Assembly: GCA_051599415.1 (NCBI GenBank) | Contig: AP039689.1 | Span: 992,001 to 1,056,000, forward strand | From: Savitreella phatthalungensis | Taxonomy: Eukaryota | Reading direction: 5' to 3' | Length of the DNA stretch: 64,000 bases | Shown here: positions 9,586 through 20,591 of the stretch, piece by piece | Position numbering within the stretch: position 1 is the stretch's first letter | Layout of the letters: the number at the start of each line of letters is the position of its first letter | Program-made: the position numbers and the translations under genes | Notes under the pieces: generated by a model | The model's database searches: none | What the model saw: only the letters and a program-made list of their open reading frames with translations | Told to the model about the DNA's origin: nothing

Positions 9586-11085
9586 ATGAGCGGGGGCCAT
9601 TCAAGCAAAAATACCGCTCAGTTTGGGAGAGATGAGCTCAGAGAACGCCGGGCTGCAGCTGCAGAGAAGAGACGCGCACAATCAGTGCTCGACTGCAATG
9701 ATCAAGATGTGCGAGAATTGCCTGCCAAGAAGCCCAAGATCGAGACGATCGAGATAGACTCAGACACAACTGATGATGAAGCCCGTGGAGTGCTTACGGT
9801 CTCATCTGCAAAACCAGCTTCGCAGGGCAAGAAGGTGCTGCGTTTTGCCTCGGGTTTCGTCGGTCTGACATTTGTCAAAGGATTTCCTAAAGAGCCACAC
9901 CATCTCACCCTAGACGAATTACTCGATCGGAAGCGGCTTCGAATGGCCTCCCTTTCCACATTTGACCTGGACCTTGAATGGTTCTTAAGCAAGCTCGATT
10001 TTGGAGAGACCATCGTCTGGCTCACATACTATCCTGTCGGAAGCGGAGCGACCGAATCACAAGCCGCACAAGCAATAGCGCAAGGCGCTTCCTCCCTACA
10101 ACGTCTAGGCATCCGGCTCCATAGCCCTCCGATGCCCCGTACAGGTGAGAAAGTCTTTGGAGCCATGCACAGCAAGCTTCAGCTCCTCTTCTTCGATGAC
10201 TTTCTTCGAGTAGTAGTGCCATCCGCCAACCTCAGGGATTTTGACTGGGGTGAGACTGGCATAATGCAGAACGTATTCTATGTACACGACTTTGCGCTCC
10301 GCACACCTGATACAGACCGCAAAACGACAGACTTTGAAGTGTCTTTGAAGTCATTCTGCAGAAGGTTGCAGTATCCGGCAGAAATCAGAGATGCTCTCGA
10401 TCAGTATGACTTTTCCACGGCGGCTGGTGTTCAATTCCTCGCCACCGTCAAGGGATTTAGCCAAGGTGAAGAACGCTTCCGTAGTGGACTCACTGGTCTC
10501 GCCTGGACTTCTCACAAACTGACTGGTGCTGAACTTGGTTCAGGAAGCTTTACTATTGACTTCCACGCTTCATCGATCGGCGATCTCAGTAAGCAAGGCT
10601 TCATGCGCAACCTGTTGCGTGCTGCACGTGGCGTGCAGTTGACTCCTACTGTGCGAAAGGGAGCAGCAACACAAGAGGATGTGCCGCTGGAGGATTTGCG
10701 TGTCATATATCCGAGCAATGCGGTTGTCCGGCAGTCGATTACGGGCGATGCAGGCACTACATTCATGAAGCCCGACTTCTGGACGAAGCAGAATTTCCCA
10801 CGGAACAGCTTCTACGACTACATGAGCGAGCGAAAAGGCGTTCTTTCACATGCCAAGATCATGCTCGTTCGGTCAAAGCAAGGCGGCCGAGGCTATGCAT
10901 ATGTTGGCAGTGCGAATTTGTCTCCATCTGCTTGGGGCGAGAGTGTGACGGAGAACAAGGGCGAGAGGAGGATCCACTGCAGCAACTACGAGTCTGGTGT
11001 ATTGATACCTTTGGACATGATCGAAGGACGATTACCATACCAGACAGGTGTCTACTTGACCAATGATGACCCGTGGCTTCAGTAA
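9586..11085 (+). CDS. TDP1: Tyrosyl-DNA phosphodiesterase 1
   Basis: Two HKN motifs: MHSKLQLL..VPSANL and SHAKIML..YVGSANLSPSAWG..NYESGV. Confidence 0.92.
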   Translation: MSGGHSSKNTAQFGRDELRERRAAAAEKRRAQSVLDCNDQDVRELPAKKPKIETIEIDSDTTDDEARGVLTVSSAKPASQGKKVLRFASGFVGLTFVKGFPKEPHHLTLDELLDRKRLRMASLSTFDLDLEWFLSKLDFGETIVWLTYYPVGSGATESQAAQAIAQGASSLQRLGIRLHSPPMPRTGEKVFGAMHSKLQLLFFDDFLRVVVPSANLRDFDWGETGIMQNVFYVHDFALRTPDTDRKTTDFEVSLKSFCRRLQYPAEIRDALDQYDFSTAAGVQFLATVKGFSQGEERFRSGLTGLAWTSHKLTGAELGSGSFTIDFHASSIGDLSKQGFMRNLLRAARGVQLTPTVRKGAATQEDVPLEDLRVIYPSNAVVRQSITGDAGTTFMKPDFWTKQNFPRNSFYDYMSERKGVLSHAKIMLVRSKQGGRGYAYVGSANLSPSAWGESVTENKGERRIHCSNYESGVLIPLDMIEGRLPYQTGVYLTNDDPWLQ

Positions 11086-11617
11086 TGATCTAGAGGTAGA
11101 CAACATGATTTATGACGGGGTTATTTCCAAGCAATGATACCATAGACTATTGATTGCTATCATGCTATGTCAGTCAGTCTGTACTGCCTCCAGCGTATCA
11201 GAATACAACAATCGACGATCGACAGCACTAGATGGCTTCTACATCGTACATGTCAATCTCGGCCTTTAAAGTGCGTGAGTATGAGGCCTGTGCGGATATC
11301 AAATTTGTATACCGCGTGCAATATAGATTGACAATTGTGCATGTGTGTGCATATATGGCTGCAGGGATTGTAAAGGTCAATTATAGCAATGAAACCGTAT
11401 CCTCGCGCGGTCGGAAGCCAGATCGAGCCGCTATATCATATATTGCAATGCGCTTTCCGTCCTTCCAGCAGGGCCCGAGTTGTCGGCTGGAACGCGCTCA
11501 CGAGGTCAGCATTGACAAAAGCCAACAAAAGCAGACGTAGCTCTACCCAAGATAACAACCAAAGATCTCCTTTGAAATCCAGGTCAAGGATCGGAAGGGA
11601 CATATCAGCGGCCTGCC

Positions 11618-12676
11618 ATGTCTCGCTTGTTGAACGAGGCTGATGAAGCAAAGTACAGACGCAAGTGCCATGAACTCAAGCGGCGCATTGACGAGGTAGA
11701 GACCAACAATGAGTCTCTCGAACTCAAGCTCGTCCGCACAAAGCGGTATATCCGCCGACTCAGGCTCGAACGTGCTATGCTGCTCGACAAATTCGAGCTG
11801 GCGGTGCGTAGCATCGGCAGTGGCGAGCTTGGGCCCGACAGACTCTCCCCGACTCCACCTAAAAGTCCACCACTCGAAGTCACGTTCTTTGACGCACCTC
11901 CCGAGCCGCGACCTTTCTCTCCACCACATCAAGAACCAAGATCTGGTCGACATTACTACGAGGAATTGGGACCTGATGGCAGTGTCCTCGCAGCCAGCAC
12001 GGGGACTCCGGGTCCTGGTGGCGCAGGCAGCACGGCGGGAGACGAGACGCCTGCAAAGGCACCCTCGACGAAAAAGAAGCGAGATCCGCTAGAGCCGAAA
12101 CGGCCGAAGAACGCGTTCCTTCGGTTTTGCGAGACTGAAAGAGAGAGTGTCAAGGTTGCACTCGAGGCCCAAGCGATCGACGGGGAGCAGATTGATCTTG
12201 CAAAGGAGATGGGCCGGGTGTGGAGCGGCATGGATGAGCACGCGCGAAAACCTTATTACGACGCATATGAAGAGGATAAGAAGCGATATGAGCGTGAGTA
12301 TGCAGACTATACAGGCAAGAAACTTCCCAACAGGCGTTCCCGCGCTCACAGGCCTGGTGGCAGCAACAACAACAAGCCAGCCACCCCTTCAAATGCAGCA
12401 GCAGCTTCGGCAGCAGGTGCTGCAGACACATCTTCCATTGGAACTCCGCTGATTGAAGCTGCTACTGCTGCAAGCACGCCTCGACCCGTCGATGACCTTG
12501 CATCTGAAACTACTGAGCAGCAACATACAAAGCGCGAGGATGAGGATGACGAAATGGCAGATGTGACGACAGCTGTAGAGGACTCGCAAAAAGAGGAATC
12601 AGCAGATGCATCAAACATGAATGGCGTAGCCAGCAGCTCCGGTGGATTCACGCCCGCAAACGGCAGTCGTAGCTGA
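11618..12676 (+). CDS. NHP10: INO80 complex HMG-box subunit (Nhp10/Nht1)
   Basis: N-terminal coiled coil YRRKCHELKRR..RLRLERAMLL followed by an HMG box (DPLEPKRPKNAF..W..Y..YEEDKKRYERE). Confidence 0.88.
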   Translation: MSRLLNEADEAKYRRKCHELKRRIDEVETNNESLELKLVRTKRYIRRLRLERAMLLDKFELAVRSIGSGELGPDRLSPTPPKSPPLEVTFFDAPPEPRPFSPPHQEPRSGRHYYEELGPDGSVLAASTGTPGPGGAGSTAGDETPAKAPSTKKKRDPLEPKRPKNAFLRFCETERESVKVALEAQAIDGEQIDLAKEMGRVWSGMDEHARKPYYDAYEEDKKRYEREYADYTGKKLPNRRSRAHRPGGSNNNKPATPSNAAAASAAGAADTSSIGTPLIEAATAASTPRPVDDLASETTEQQHTKREDEDDEMADVTTAVEDSQKEESADASNMNGVASSSGGFTPANGSRS

Positions 12677-12743
12677 AGACGCGGAGCAGACTTTGGGGAG
12701 TCGAGAGTATGTATACAATAGAGAATGGAGAGCTATCGTGCAG

Positions 12744-13436
12744 CTACCGACGCACCGGCGATGGGCTTCTCGATGGTGACTTGTCCTTCCCTGTGAGTTT
12801 GAGGTGTTTGCGCTGGGCCATGTCGAGCTCTCGAGCAAGAGCAGGAGAGACCTTTCGACGATGCATGAAATTGCAGAACCCGCCGCGAAGACACTCACTC
12901 GTCTCGTGCTGCCTGCAGCACGCTTCTCTGAAATCCGTGACGGGCGACAACTCTGCGAATACCGGACGACCATCGTACCACCTCGAACTCAGCTTGTCAA
13001 CGGCCTTGGCGGCATCTTCCTCATACTTGAACCGCGCGTACACATTACCAATTAGGTGATCACCCGTGTTGTCACAGACAAGCAGAGCCTCAACCTCACC
13101 AAATGCGCACAGTTCTGCATAGATGTCCTCGTAGAACGCATCAAAGTGCGCCTGTACCTCGGATTCAGAAACTCTTGGTCGCGTTGACGATTGTGGCGGC
13201 GGCCGTGGCCGGTGATGATCTCTGTCGTGGCCGTTGCTGTGACCGGATGGATTACCCGCGGGATCATTTGCCGGGTTCACGTACAGGTTTGGTAGAAGCA
13301 CTGTCTGAGAGTACGCCGGTTTGACATGCTTTCGCGAGCATCGGTCGCCGTGCCTGCAGGCGCCAATCTTGAAGTAGAATGAGCAATTTACTTTATCCTG
13401 TTCGGTACCGTAGATGGAAGCAAGGAACTGCGCCAT
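12744..13436 (-). CDS. UAF2: Splicing factor U2AF small subunit (U2AF23/U2AF35)
   Basis: MAQFLASIYGTEQDKVNCSFYFKIGACRHGDRCSRKH, UHM, second CCCH finger (ACCRQHE..CLRGGFCNFMH) and short RS tail. Confidence 0.97.
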   Translation of the reverse strand: MAQFLASIYGTEQDKVNCSFYFKIGACRHGDRCSRKHVKPAYSQTVLLPNLYVNPANDPAGNPSGHSNGHDRDHHRPRPPPQSSTRPRVSESEVQAHFDAFYEDIYAELCAFGEVEALLVCDNTGDHLIGNVYARFKYEEDAAKAVDKLSSRWYDGRPVFAELSPVTDFREACCRQHETSECLRGGFCNFMHRRKVSPALARELDMAQRKHLKLTGKDKSPSRSPSPVRR

Positions 13437-13720
13437 AACTGCTGGACCAGCCTGATGGAAGTGGTTCTGGACGAAGAAAATGCCACAAGGCTTTCACGTT
13501 GTGAGATGGTTTTCAAAATGCTGGTCATACGCAAGCTTCTTCCGTGTAGAAAGAAGTAATTCCAAATTTAGAATCACCTGTAGCAAGCCTGCAATATCGT
13601 AAATCGTTTCATCTGTCGCCACCAAGCACTTCTTCATGGTGGGCAGAGAGAGCCAGGTCAGGCCTCTCAAAGCTTATGATCTTCATCAATCATCAATCAT
13701 CAATCATCATGTACGGTGTG

Positions 13721-14539
13721 CTATAGACGTGTGCCGCGCTCAAGGCTATCGCGAATGTCCTGTGTATAGCGATCGAAAGCTCGACCGATCTTCTGGTTGT
13801 AGCGTCGATTGGAGTCGTTAATGAAATCGCCATGCTGTTCACGTCGCCTCTCTCGCTGCTCCTTGGATTTCGTCCGCTGCTCATCGACATGTCGCATATG
13901 CGCGGCCAACCTATCAATATCGGCGTCGCTCGTCCTATGTCTCGACAGACCGGCAGGCTCGATTTGTGTATGACGCTGGGATTTTATCAATGATCCGTCC
14001 AGGTTGGTCTGGGCACCGCCAACAATTGTTCCTACAGGTGACCGCGATCTCGATTGGAGTCGTCCCTTTGACTGAGCGTATTTGTCCATGTCAGGCTGGA
14101 ATTTTGCCATGTTGCGATCATATTGTTTCGCTGCCTGTGCTGAGAAATCCACTCGATCGCCATACAGCTCTTGCTCTTTGCGCTTGGCAGCTTGTAGCTC
14201 GTCCCATTTACGTGATTGCTCGGCAGTATAGTCCCATGCGCGTTTGCGATCAAAGTCTAGCCCGGCATCTTCAGCATCCATCCGTGCCAGCTGCTCTTCC
14301 GCACGCGATTTGCCAAGCTCTCTGCGTTTGTGCTCGCGACCATCTTCTCTGCCAGCGCGCGCTCTGCGATTCTCAGCATGAAGCTCCTGCCGATTTGCTG
14401 TCCTGCCTTCGTGCGCCCGCTTCCTGAGCTCAGCAAGCCGAGCGGACACACTGGGATCCGACACTTTGAATGTCGAGCTGCTATCTTTCGTAACAGTCGC
14501 CAATCTATCAGGCTCCTCTGCTAGCCGCTCTTCGAGCAT
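13721..14539 (-). CDS. SYF2: Pre-mRNA splicing factor Syf2 (NTC)
   Basis: RKRAWDYTAEQSRKWD and C-terminal FINDSNRRYNQKIGRAFDRYTQDIRDSLERGT. Confidence 0.9.
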   Translation of the reverse strand: MLEERLAEEPDRLATVTKDSSSTFKVSDPSVSARLAELRKRAHEGRTANRQELHAENRRARAGREDGREHKRRELGKSRAEEQLARMDAEDAGLDFDRKRAWDYTAEQSRKWDELQAAKRKEQELYGDRVDFSAQAAKQYDRNMAKFQPDMDKYAQSKGRLQSRSRSPVGTIVGGAQTNLDGSLIKSQRHTQIEPAGLSRHRTSDADIDRLAAHMRHVDEQRTKSKEQRERRREQHGDFINDSNRRYNQKIGRAFDRYTQDIRDSLERGTRL

Positions 14540-14895
14540 TTCCTTGAGGATGTGACCCTGGCCACTTGACTCAAGATGCGGCTAGAGCGGTGATGATACA
14601 ACTTGTCTTGATAGATCTGGCTACCTGTATGGTTACTGCATTGATTTCATTCACGCGTAACTGGATGTGTGGAAAGACAGCTGCAGTGTAAACTACAGTA
14701 TGTCCGAACTTTTCACGTACAAACATGCACGAAACCTGTGATGCAAAATAGAGCACTCTAGTATTGATACGACACACGAGAGCCTGGTAGAAGGTGCAAG
14801 GGAGCCTAGTGGAGCTGTTGACAGCTGTTCAAGTTTGTCTGGGTATCACAGAAAGCCGGACAGTTTCTTGCAATCGGCCAAGCAGCAGGTATAGG

Positions 14896-15543
14896 ATGGC
14901 TCCACGCGTCAGCAAGTGCTCCATCTATCGGCCGATTCTAGTCGGCAACACAGCACGTCCTTTGGGAGATCGAAAGAATCCGGCCTCTGATCATACACAT
15001 GAATGGACAGTTTGCGTGAAAGGGGTCAAGGATGAGGACATCTCCCATTTTGTCAAAAAGGTCGTCTTCAAGCTGCATGATACATATCCAAATCCATCGC
15101 GGAGTATTGAAGCGCCTCCGTTTGAGGTTACAGAGACGGGCTGGGGAGAGTTCGAGTTACAGGTGAAGATCTTCTTCGTAAGTGAGGCCTCGGAGAAGCC
15201 AGTAGCCTTGTTCCATCGTCTCAAGCTGCACCCGTTCGGGCCAGAGGAAGTTGAGCGGGCATCGAAAAACGGTGGCGAGGTCTCCAGCTGGCAGTATGAT
15301 GAGGTTGTATTCCACGAGCCGACCGAGGCACTGTACGAATTGATGACACGGAAGGGCAATGCAGTACTACCACTAGAAAGATCACCCGACAACGTCTTCA
15401 GCCAAAGATCCGAGCAAGAAGAGCTCGACAGACTCGAGACTGCACTGGCGAAGGTCGATGCGGAGACCAAGAAGTACAAAGATAAGATTCTTGCTATGGA
15501 GAAGAAGACGAACTCGTCAACGGCGGCTTCGTCATCAGCTTGA
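14896..15543 (+). CDS. YAF9: YEATS-domain protein Yaf9 (NuA4/SWR1)
   Basis: HTHEWTVCVKG..VKKVVFKLHDTY..PPFEVTETGWGEF, preceded by RPILVGN and followed by a coiled coil. ATG at 14896. Confidence 0.95.
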   Translation: MAPRVSKCSIYRPILVGNTARPLGDRKNPASDHTHEWTVCVKGVKDEDISHFVKKVVFKLHDTYPNPSRSIEAPPFEVTETGWGEFELQVKIFFVSEASEKPVALFHRLKLHPFGPEEVERASKNGGEVSSWQYDEVVFHEPTEALYELMTRKGNAVLPLERSPDNVFSQRSEQEELDRLETALAKVDAETKKYKDKILAMEKKTNSSTAASSSA

Positions 15544-15963
15544 CCACCCGGATCTAAAGCTTGCGAGGAACAACTGAGATGGATGTATGAACGGTATATA
15601 GATACGGAACGAACTTTGTTGACCAAAGCTCTCTGGAGAATGAGCCAGTGATGCGCAAACTGACGCTGATGCTCTTAGCCTTGCCTCATTGTATTGCTGC
15701 GACATGTGGATGTGTGGTGAAGATCTCGGGCTCATGGGATTCGACAAATGCATCTCCTATATATTTTGATCCTCACCCTGTTCAATTAATTGGATCGACA
15801 GTCTGACAGCTTTCTAACGTCATCTGAAAACACTACACGCTTGAGCAAGCGTAAACAAGGCGCTCCTCGTATCTCGCTCTCTGACCGCTCCCTTTGTATC
15901 TTGGTAAAGTTTCTATGGAACTTCTGGCGAACGACATGCAGCTGCTACCTGACGTGCCTTGCC

Positions 15964-18894
15964 ATGCGCCGGAGTGCGCCGCTCGCTCAAGTTCGAGAAG
16001 ATGCGCATGACCTTCTCAGAAAGTCAAAGCGCGCCATGGAGAGACTCGGCGGCTTACTTGAGACCCTGGGGCTCTCTCCTCGTGCGTCATCGCGCGACAG
16101 TCCTGGTGATACACCTCAATCAAAGGCACTCTTTAAGACACGAGACCTCTGGCTCGCCATTCAACGTCACAGCAAGATCGATGATGCATCCAAGCGCGAA
16201 GCGAAGCTCATTCACGACCTAGCACAGCTCAAGCGGCTTTTTGAAGACGACGAAGCGTTGGACGAGGCTTCTCGCAGCAGCAGAGTATGTCTTGAATATG
16301 CGCTCCAACGGGACGCTTTCACATGGCTGACGCAACTCGCGCTTGATGGGCCGACTGCTATTACTGCGTCTTTCATGACGCTGATGGTGTCGCTGGTCGA
16401 AAAACAGGATGATGACTTCCTCGCCCAGGAAGACGTTTGCCGCAATCTACAACGACTATTCCAATATCTGTACACGCGAAGACGACACCAAAGTCACTTG
16501 CTGCTCGATACTGCGGAATTACTAACACGCATATGTCAAAAGACCATGAAGTTGCCACCACTGATCTCGATCTGGTTCGATCGGGATATTTGGCGCTTGC
16601 GGGTCCCCCTTGGCCAGGAGCATCTATTCGATCGTACTTTCGTCGTCCGACAAACGGTAGCGGATGATCGAGCACTTCGGGACGAGTTTCTTTTATTTCA
16701 GCTACTGCTTGCTCATGTCAGCGAGCGCGATGCGATTGGGCGACTCTCGCGTGACTGCATCTTCATGCTCGTTGCGGCTGCTCGAGATGAGCCAGAGGCT
16801 TTGCTCTGGATAGGTGTTTCGGATTTGCCGAAGGTCATCGCAACGACACTTGGAGCTTGCTGGTCAAACATGGCTTTGTCCAGCAGGACGAGTGCCACAG
16901 ATAAGGAAGATGTCGAAGCCGCAGATGCGGCATTCCGGCAATTGATCGATCATCTGCAGTGGTTACAGGATCTGATCAAGGCAACATCGAACATTCGTTT
17001 CAAGCTTGCTTTCATCGTGGCATACCGGGAGCACTTTCTAGCTGCTATCCTATATCCGTCAGTGCTGTCCACGAGCGCGATAGACGACGCTGGGTCGATT
17101 GAGCCCGGGGTGCTAGCAATCATGCAGATAGATGCGCTCTGCCGATGTTTACGCGAACCGGAGCTCATTGATGCGACTTTGGCTTACTTATTCGGGATCG
17201 CCAATACAGTATCGGCCTTGTCAAACGCACCTGCTGAGGGCCCTGACCCGGGACTATCTACGACAACACCGTCTCTATTCTCAATGCTCGATATCCTTCA
17301 TGACAATCTCCGACCTGAGAGTCCTCAGGAACTCCAGGCAGCCTCACTTCGCTTGTGCGACACTCTGCTCGGACGTATGGGACTGCATGTTGAAGAGATT
17401 CTCCTCCATGTCAGGACCATCGACATGCGAAGACCCGCCGCGGGTTGGCTCGAAGGCTTCGACGGCACGGACGCCGACTTTGCGGCTCTGGCTGATCTGC
17501 GATCAGGTGCAAGCGCGTCAGGGCCTGTCGTGGCAACGACCGCGCCGGGTGACTCTGAGCGTATGACTTCCGCTGCAGCAGATCTTGAGCACGATTTGCT
17601 GCCACTCGTCGACAGCCAGCCTACACCACTGGCTTTGTTACTGCCCACGGACACTAAGGTCTTGTGGAACCCTGTGGCCACACTAGGCTCGGAGCTGGAG
17701 TATGCCTCAGTAATGCACGGATCTGGTCGAGTTCTCCACCCGCAACGACTGTATACGATCAGTACTCAGCCAGGGTCAGGTCCTTGGCTGTTAGAATGCT
17801 GTTTCCAAGTCATCGAGCGATGGACAAGCAATGACCTGACCGATGCTGTACTCCTCTCGGCCACCGGAGTCATTCTAAATGTCCTGTCGTGCCGACGCAT
17901 CTCGCTCGCAGGCTGGTTCTCCGGTGAACCGCTGGAGCAGTGTCTGCTGTATCGTGGCAAAGCGGGCGACGAGAATTCCGTCCTACAGGAAATCGATGAT
18001 GAATGCACTGCTGTGGAAGCAGAGCTGGGACTTGTCAGCGACATGATTAAGATGGATGATGCGACAGAATTCAAGGGACTGTTGGCTATGAAAGGCTCTG
18101 GAGAAGTGACGGCTAGCGGCCTCATGAGCTCCCTCAAGGTCGCGGCGGTGGCCCTTGCCAATCATGATGTCCCGGGGCGCCGTCTTGAACTGTATAAAGG
18201 TTTCATCGACGAATTGACTACTGTCATAAGACTGCGAAGGAAATTGACGGGAGCAGCTCTCACTGCTACAGAACGTCCTCCGCGCCGTCCTTCCGTGCAA
18301 TTGCTGCCGACGGCAGGATCCGGATCTGCGACGCCGCTCCGACCGGTCTCGCCGGCCTTCATGCGTCGCACTGCATCAAACCTTGGCACCAGCCCAGGAG
18401 CACATCCTCCAGAGCTGATGTCCAGTGAGCCCACTTCTCTTCCACAGCGTCCGAAAACACCGATGCGCATACAATTTGGGACGAAGGGACGCGTGCCCAG
18501 CGCTCCATCAACATCTGTCCCGCGGTCGCCAGTTCTGCCGAGCGCAATTACCGCCGCATCACACCACATCGGGCGATCCGCCTCTCCGGGGATTGGAGCG
18601 AGGCCAACGTCACAGCTATCGCAGCAGACAAGCGGTCTCATCACAGCATCAACGATGACAGCAAGCACGACAGCAACGCCGGCAGCCGAGATGATTGCAA
18701 CTGCTGTGACGCGCACACGCCGTCGACCGACTTCCGCGGGCGGTGTTAGGCGTGAAGACGAAGTCGTCATTGAGTGGGTTCCTCTGCTGCCCAAGTTGCC
18801 TGAACTGCACTCATCCCGGGCATCAGCTGCTCGCCACAGCACCACCAGCAACAGCCCTGAAGCAATTCGCAACAAGCGAAACGAAAGTAAATAA
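15964..18894 (+). CDS. FHIP/RAI16-like (FTS-Hook-interacting) protein, divergent; start uncertain (15964 or 16037)
   Basis: EFLLFQLLLAHV..IGRLSRDCIFML and FLAAILYPSVL resemble the RAI16-like domain; long Ser/Pro-rich tail. Confidence 0.65.
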   Translation: MRRSAPLAQVREDAHDLLRKSKRAMERLGGLLETLGLSPRASSRDSPGDTPQSKALFKTRDLWLAIQRHSKIDDASKREAKLIHDLAQLKRLFEDDEALDEASRSSRVCLEYALQRDAFTWLTQLALDGPTAITASFMTLMVSLVEKQDDDFLAQEDVCRNLQRLFQYLYTRRRHQSHLLLDTAELLTRICQKTMKLPPLISIWFDRDIWRLRVPLGQEHLFDRTFVVRQTVADDRALRDEFLLFQLLLAHVSERDAIGRLSRDCIFMLVAAARDEPEALLWIGVSDLPKVIATTLGACWSNMALSSRTSATDKEDVEAADAAFRQLIDHLQWLQDLIKATSNIRFKLAFIVAYREHFLAAILYPSVLSTSAIDDAGSIEPGVLAIMQIDALCRCLREPELIDATLAYLFGIANTVSALSNAPAEGPDPGLSTTTPSLFSMLDILHDNLRPESPQELQAASLRLCDTLLGRMGLHVEEILLHVRTIDMRRPAAGWLEGFDGTDADFAALADLRSGASASGPVVATTAPGDSERMTSAAADLEHDLLPLVDSQPTPLALLLPTDTKVLWNPVATLGSELEYASVMHGSGRVLHPQRLYTISTQPGSGPWLLECCFQVIERWTSNDLTDAVLLSATGVILNVLSCRRISLAGWFSGEPLEQCLLYRGKAGDENSVLQEIDDECTAVEAELGLVSDMIKMDDATEFKGLLAMKGSGEVTASGLMSSLKVAAVALANHDVPGRRLELYKGFIDELTTVIRLRRKLTGAALTATERPPRRPSVQLLPTAGSGSATPLRPVSPAFMRRTASNLGTSPGAHPPELMSSEPTSLPQRPKTPMRIQFGTKGRVPSAPSTSVPRSPVLPSAITAASHHIGRSASPGIGARPTSQLSQQTSGLITASTMTASTTATPAAEMIATAVTRTRRRPTSAGGVRREDEVVIEWVPLLPKLPELHSSRASAARHSTTSNSPEAIRNKRNESK

Positions 18895-19003
18895 TGATGA
18901 CCGACCTACGTATAGGGTATAAGAAATACTGTATGAATTCGAGTGGGAGTAAGTACAAAAGGGGCTAGTGATTGTGCATTCTGCGATCGAGGTGACTTCC
19001 AGA

Positions 19004-19516
19004 TCACTTGCGATCCGTCGCAGGCGTCGAGCCGTTCTCGGCTGCAGAGTAGGCAGGCGGCGGCCCTGAAGGAGCAGCGTTGCGGGAGGATGAGCCGACG
19101 CCGTTGCTGGGATTTGCAGATTCGACGGCGCCGTAGTTTGGGTTATGTGCATTGCCGTGGTTCGCAAGACTGCGTTCCTCGCGCGCGAGATCCTTGCGCA
19201 CTCCCTGCTGCTGTGATTGCACCTGCGCGCGGTCGCGGTACTGCTCGGGGACCTGGCCATCGGCCGTGTAGACGTAGACATGCGCAGGTCTGCCGTGACC
19301 GTCGCGCTGCAAGCGCTCCTGGTGCTCGCGCGCAAGTCGCTCGTCCGAGTAGCTCAGCGTGATCCACCAGCTGTGTATCAACCCAGGCAGGTACCCGACT
19401 ATGCAGAGAAGCAGGTTGATGAGGAAGTCGCACGAGCAGACCCCGCGCTTCAGCGCAACTGGAAATGGTGGCAGGACAATGGCGATGACGCACAAGATCG
19501 CATCGCCGATAGACAT
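19004..19516 (-). CDS. Pmp3/Sna-family (UPF0057) proteolipid with extended tail and PPAY motif
   Basis: IAIVLPPFPVALKRG..DFLINLLLCIVGYLPGLIHSWW; C-terminal PPPAYS as in Sna3-like proteins. Confidence 0.9.
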   Translation of the reverse strand: MSIGDAILCVIAIVLPPFPVALKRGVCSCDFLINLLLCIVGYLPGLIHSWWITLSYSDERLAREHQERLQRDGHGRPAHVYVYTADGQVPEQYRDRAQVQSQQQGVRKDLAREERSLANHGNAHNPNYGAVESANPSNGVGSSSRNAAPSGPPPAYSAAENGSTPATDRK

Positions 19517-19837
19517 CGTTGTCTATTTGATAATTGACTAAAGCGAAAGATGTCTTTCTCTAACAAGATGATGCACTCTTGTCCTGAGGAGCGCAAATAA
19601 AGGTGTCGGGGTCTGATGTCGATGCCAAGACCGGACAGATTTCTGTCTCGTGCTGACGTTGCATAATTTGTCACATGTATCAAATCTCCCGCCACGGGAA
19701 ACAGGTGATTGAGTCTTGAAATTCCAAAATCCAGCTACATGCGCAACAGCCAGATGTGGAAGTCCGTAGTAAGGCTGAATGATGTACGGACTGTAACTCG
19801 AGCTGTACAAAAGATTTCTGCACCGTGCTCTGGATTC

Positions 19838-20452
19838 ATGCTGCAGTCATGGCGGTGTCCCGCATGTCGCATCACAGCCTCTCGTCGACTGGTTCACTCG
19901 TCCGAGAAGACGTCCTCGAGCGCGAGACTTGAGACCCGATCGACTCGTCCGGGAGATGCTCCAGGCACGAGTGATGATGGGGCCGCTAGACCGAGACGTC
20001 GGCTTGAGCAGTGGCAGATCCAGAAGCAGGCGCTGAAGGACAAGTTTGGGGATGCTGGCTGGTCTCCGCGGAAGAAGTTGTCGCCTTCGGCCATGGATGG
20101 TCTACGGGCGCTGCATACACAAGATCCCGTGCAATTCAGTACGCCTAGACTGGCACAGCAGTTCGCCATCTCTCCGGAGGCCGTCAGACGTATCTTGAAG
20201 TCGAAGTGGCGGCCAAAGGACGATTTCGAGGCCGAGGACAGGTCACGCAGGTGGAAGAAACGCGGTGAGAGATTGCGCTCGGAGCATGAACAGGCAGAGT
20301 CGCGCAACGGTAGCCGTGGTGGCAACGGGAATGACGCAAACAAATTTACTGCACTAATGCAAGAGCTCAAGCGAGAGTTCGATCTGACATCGGCTCGGGC
20401 TCAAGCAAAAGAAGGGTCAGAGCGGCATCGATCAATGAAGGAGTACAAGTAA
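19838..20452 (+). CDS. RRG9: Rrg9/neugrin-family mitochondrial protein; start uncertain (19739, 19754 or 19838)
   Basis: WQIQKQALKDKF..WSPRKKLSP..LAQQFAISPEAVRRILKSKWRP. Confidence 0.88.
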   Translation: MLQSWRCPACRITASRRLVHSSEKTSSSARLETRSTRPGDAPGTSDDGAARPRRRLEQWQIQKQALKDKFGDAGWSPRKKLSPSAMDGLRALHTQDPVQFSTPRLAQQFAISPEAVRRILKSKWRPKDDFEAEDRSRRWKKRGERLRSEHEQAESRNGSRGGNGNDANKFTALMQELKREFDLTSARAQAKEGSERHRSMKEYK

Positions 20453-20591
20453 TGTAATGACATTGTTAAAGAGAAAGTTGTCGCCATCTGTTTCGGCAGA
20501 CTATCGAAGAAGAAGAGAAGATAGGGTCATGTCGTCGTGAATTGTCGTGTTCTGACCGATGCACAGAGAGCTCACGTGGAATGTTCGCAGC

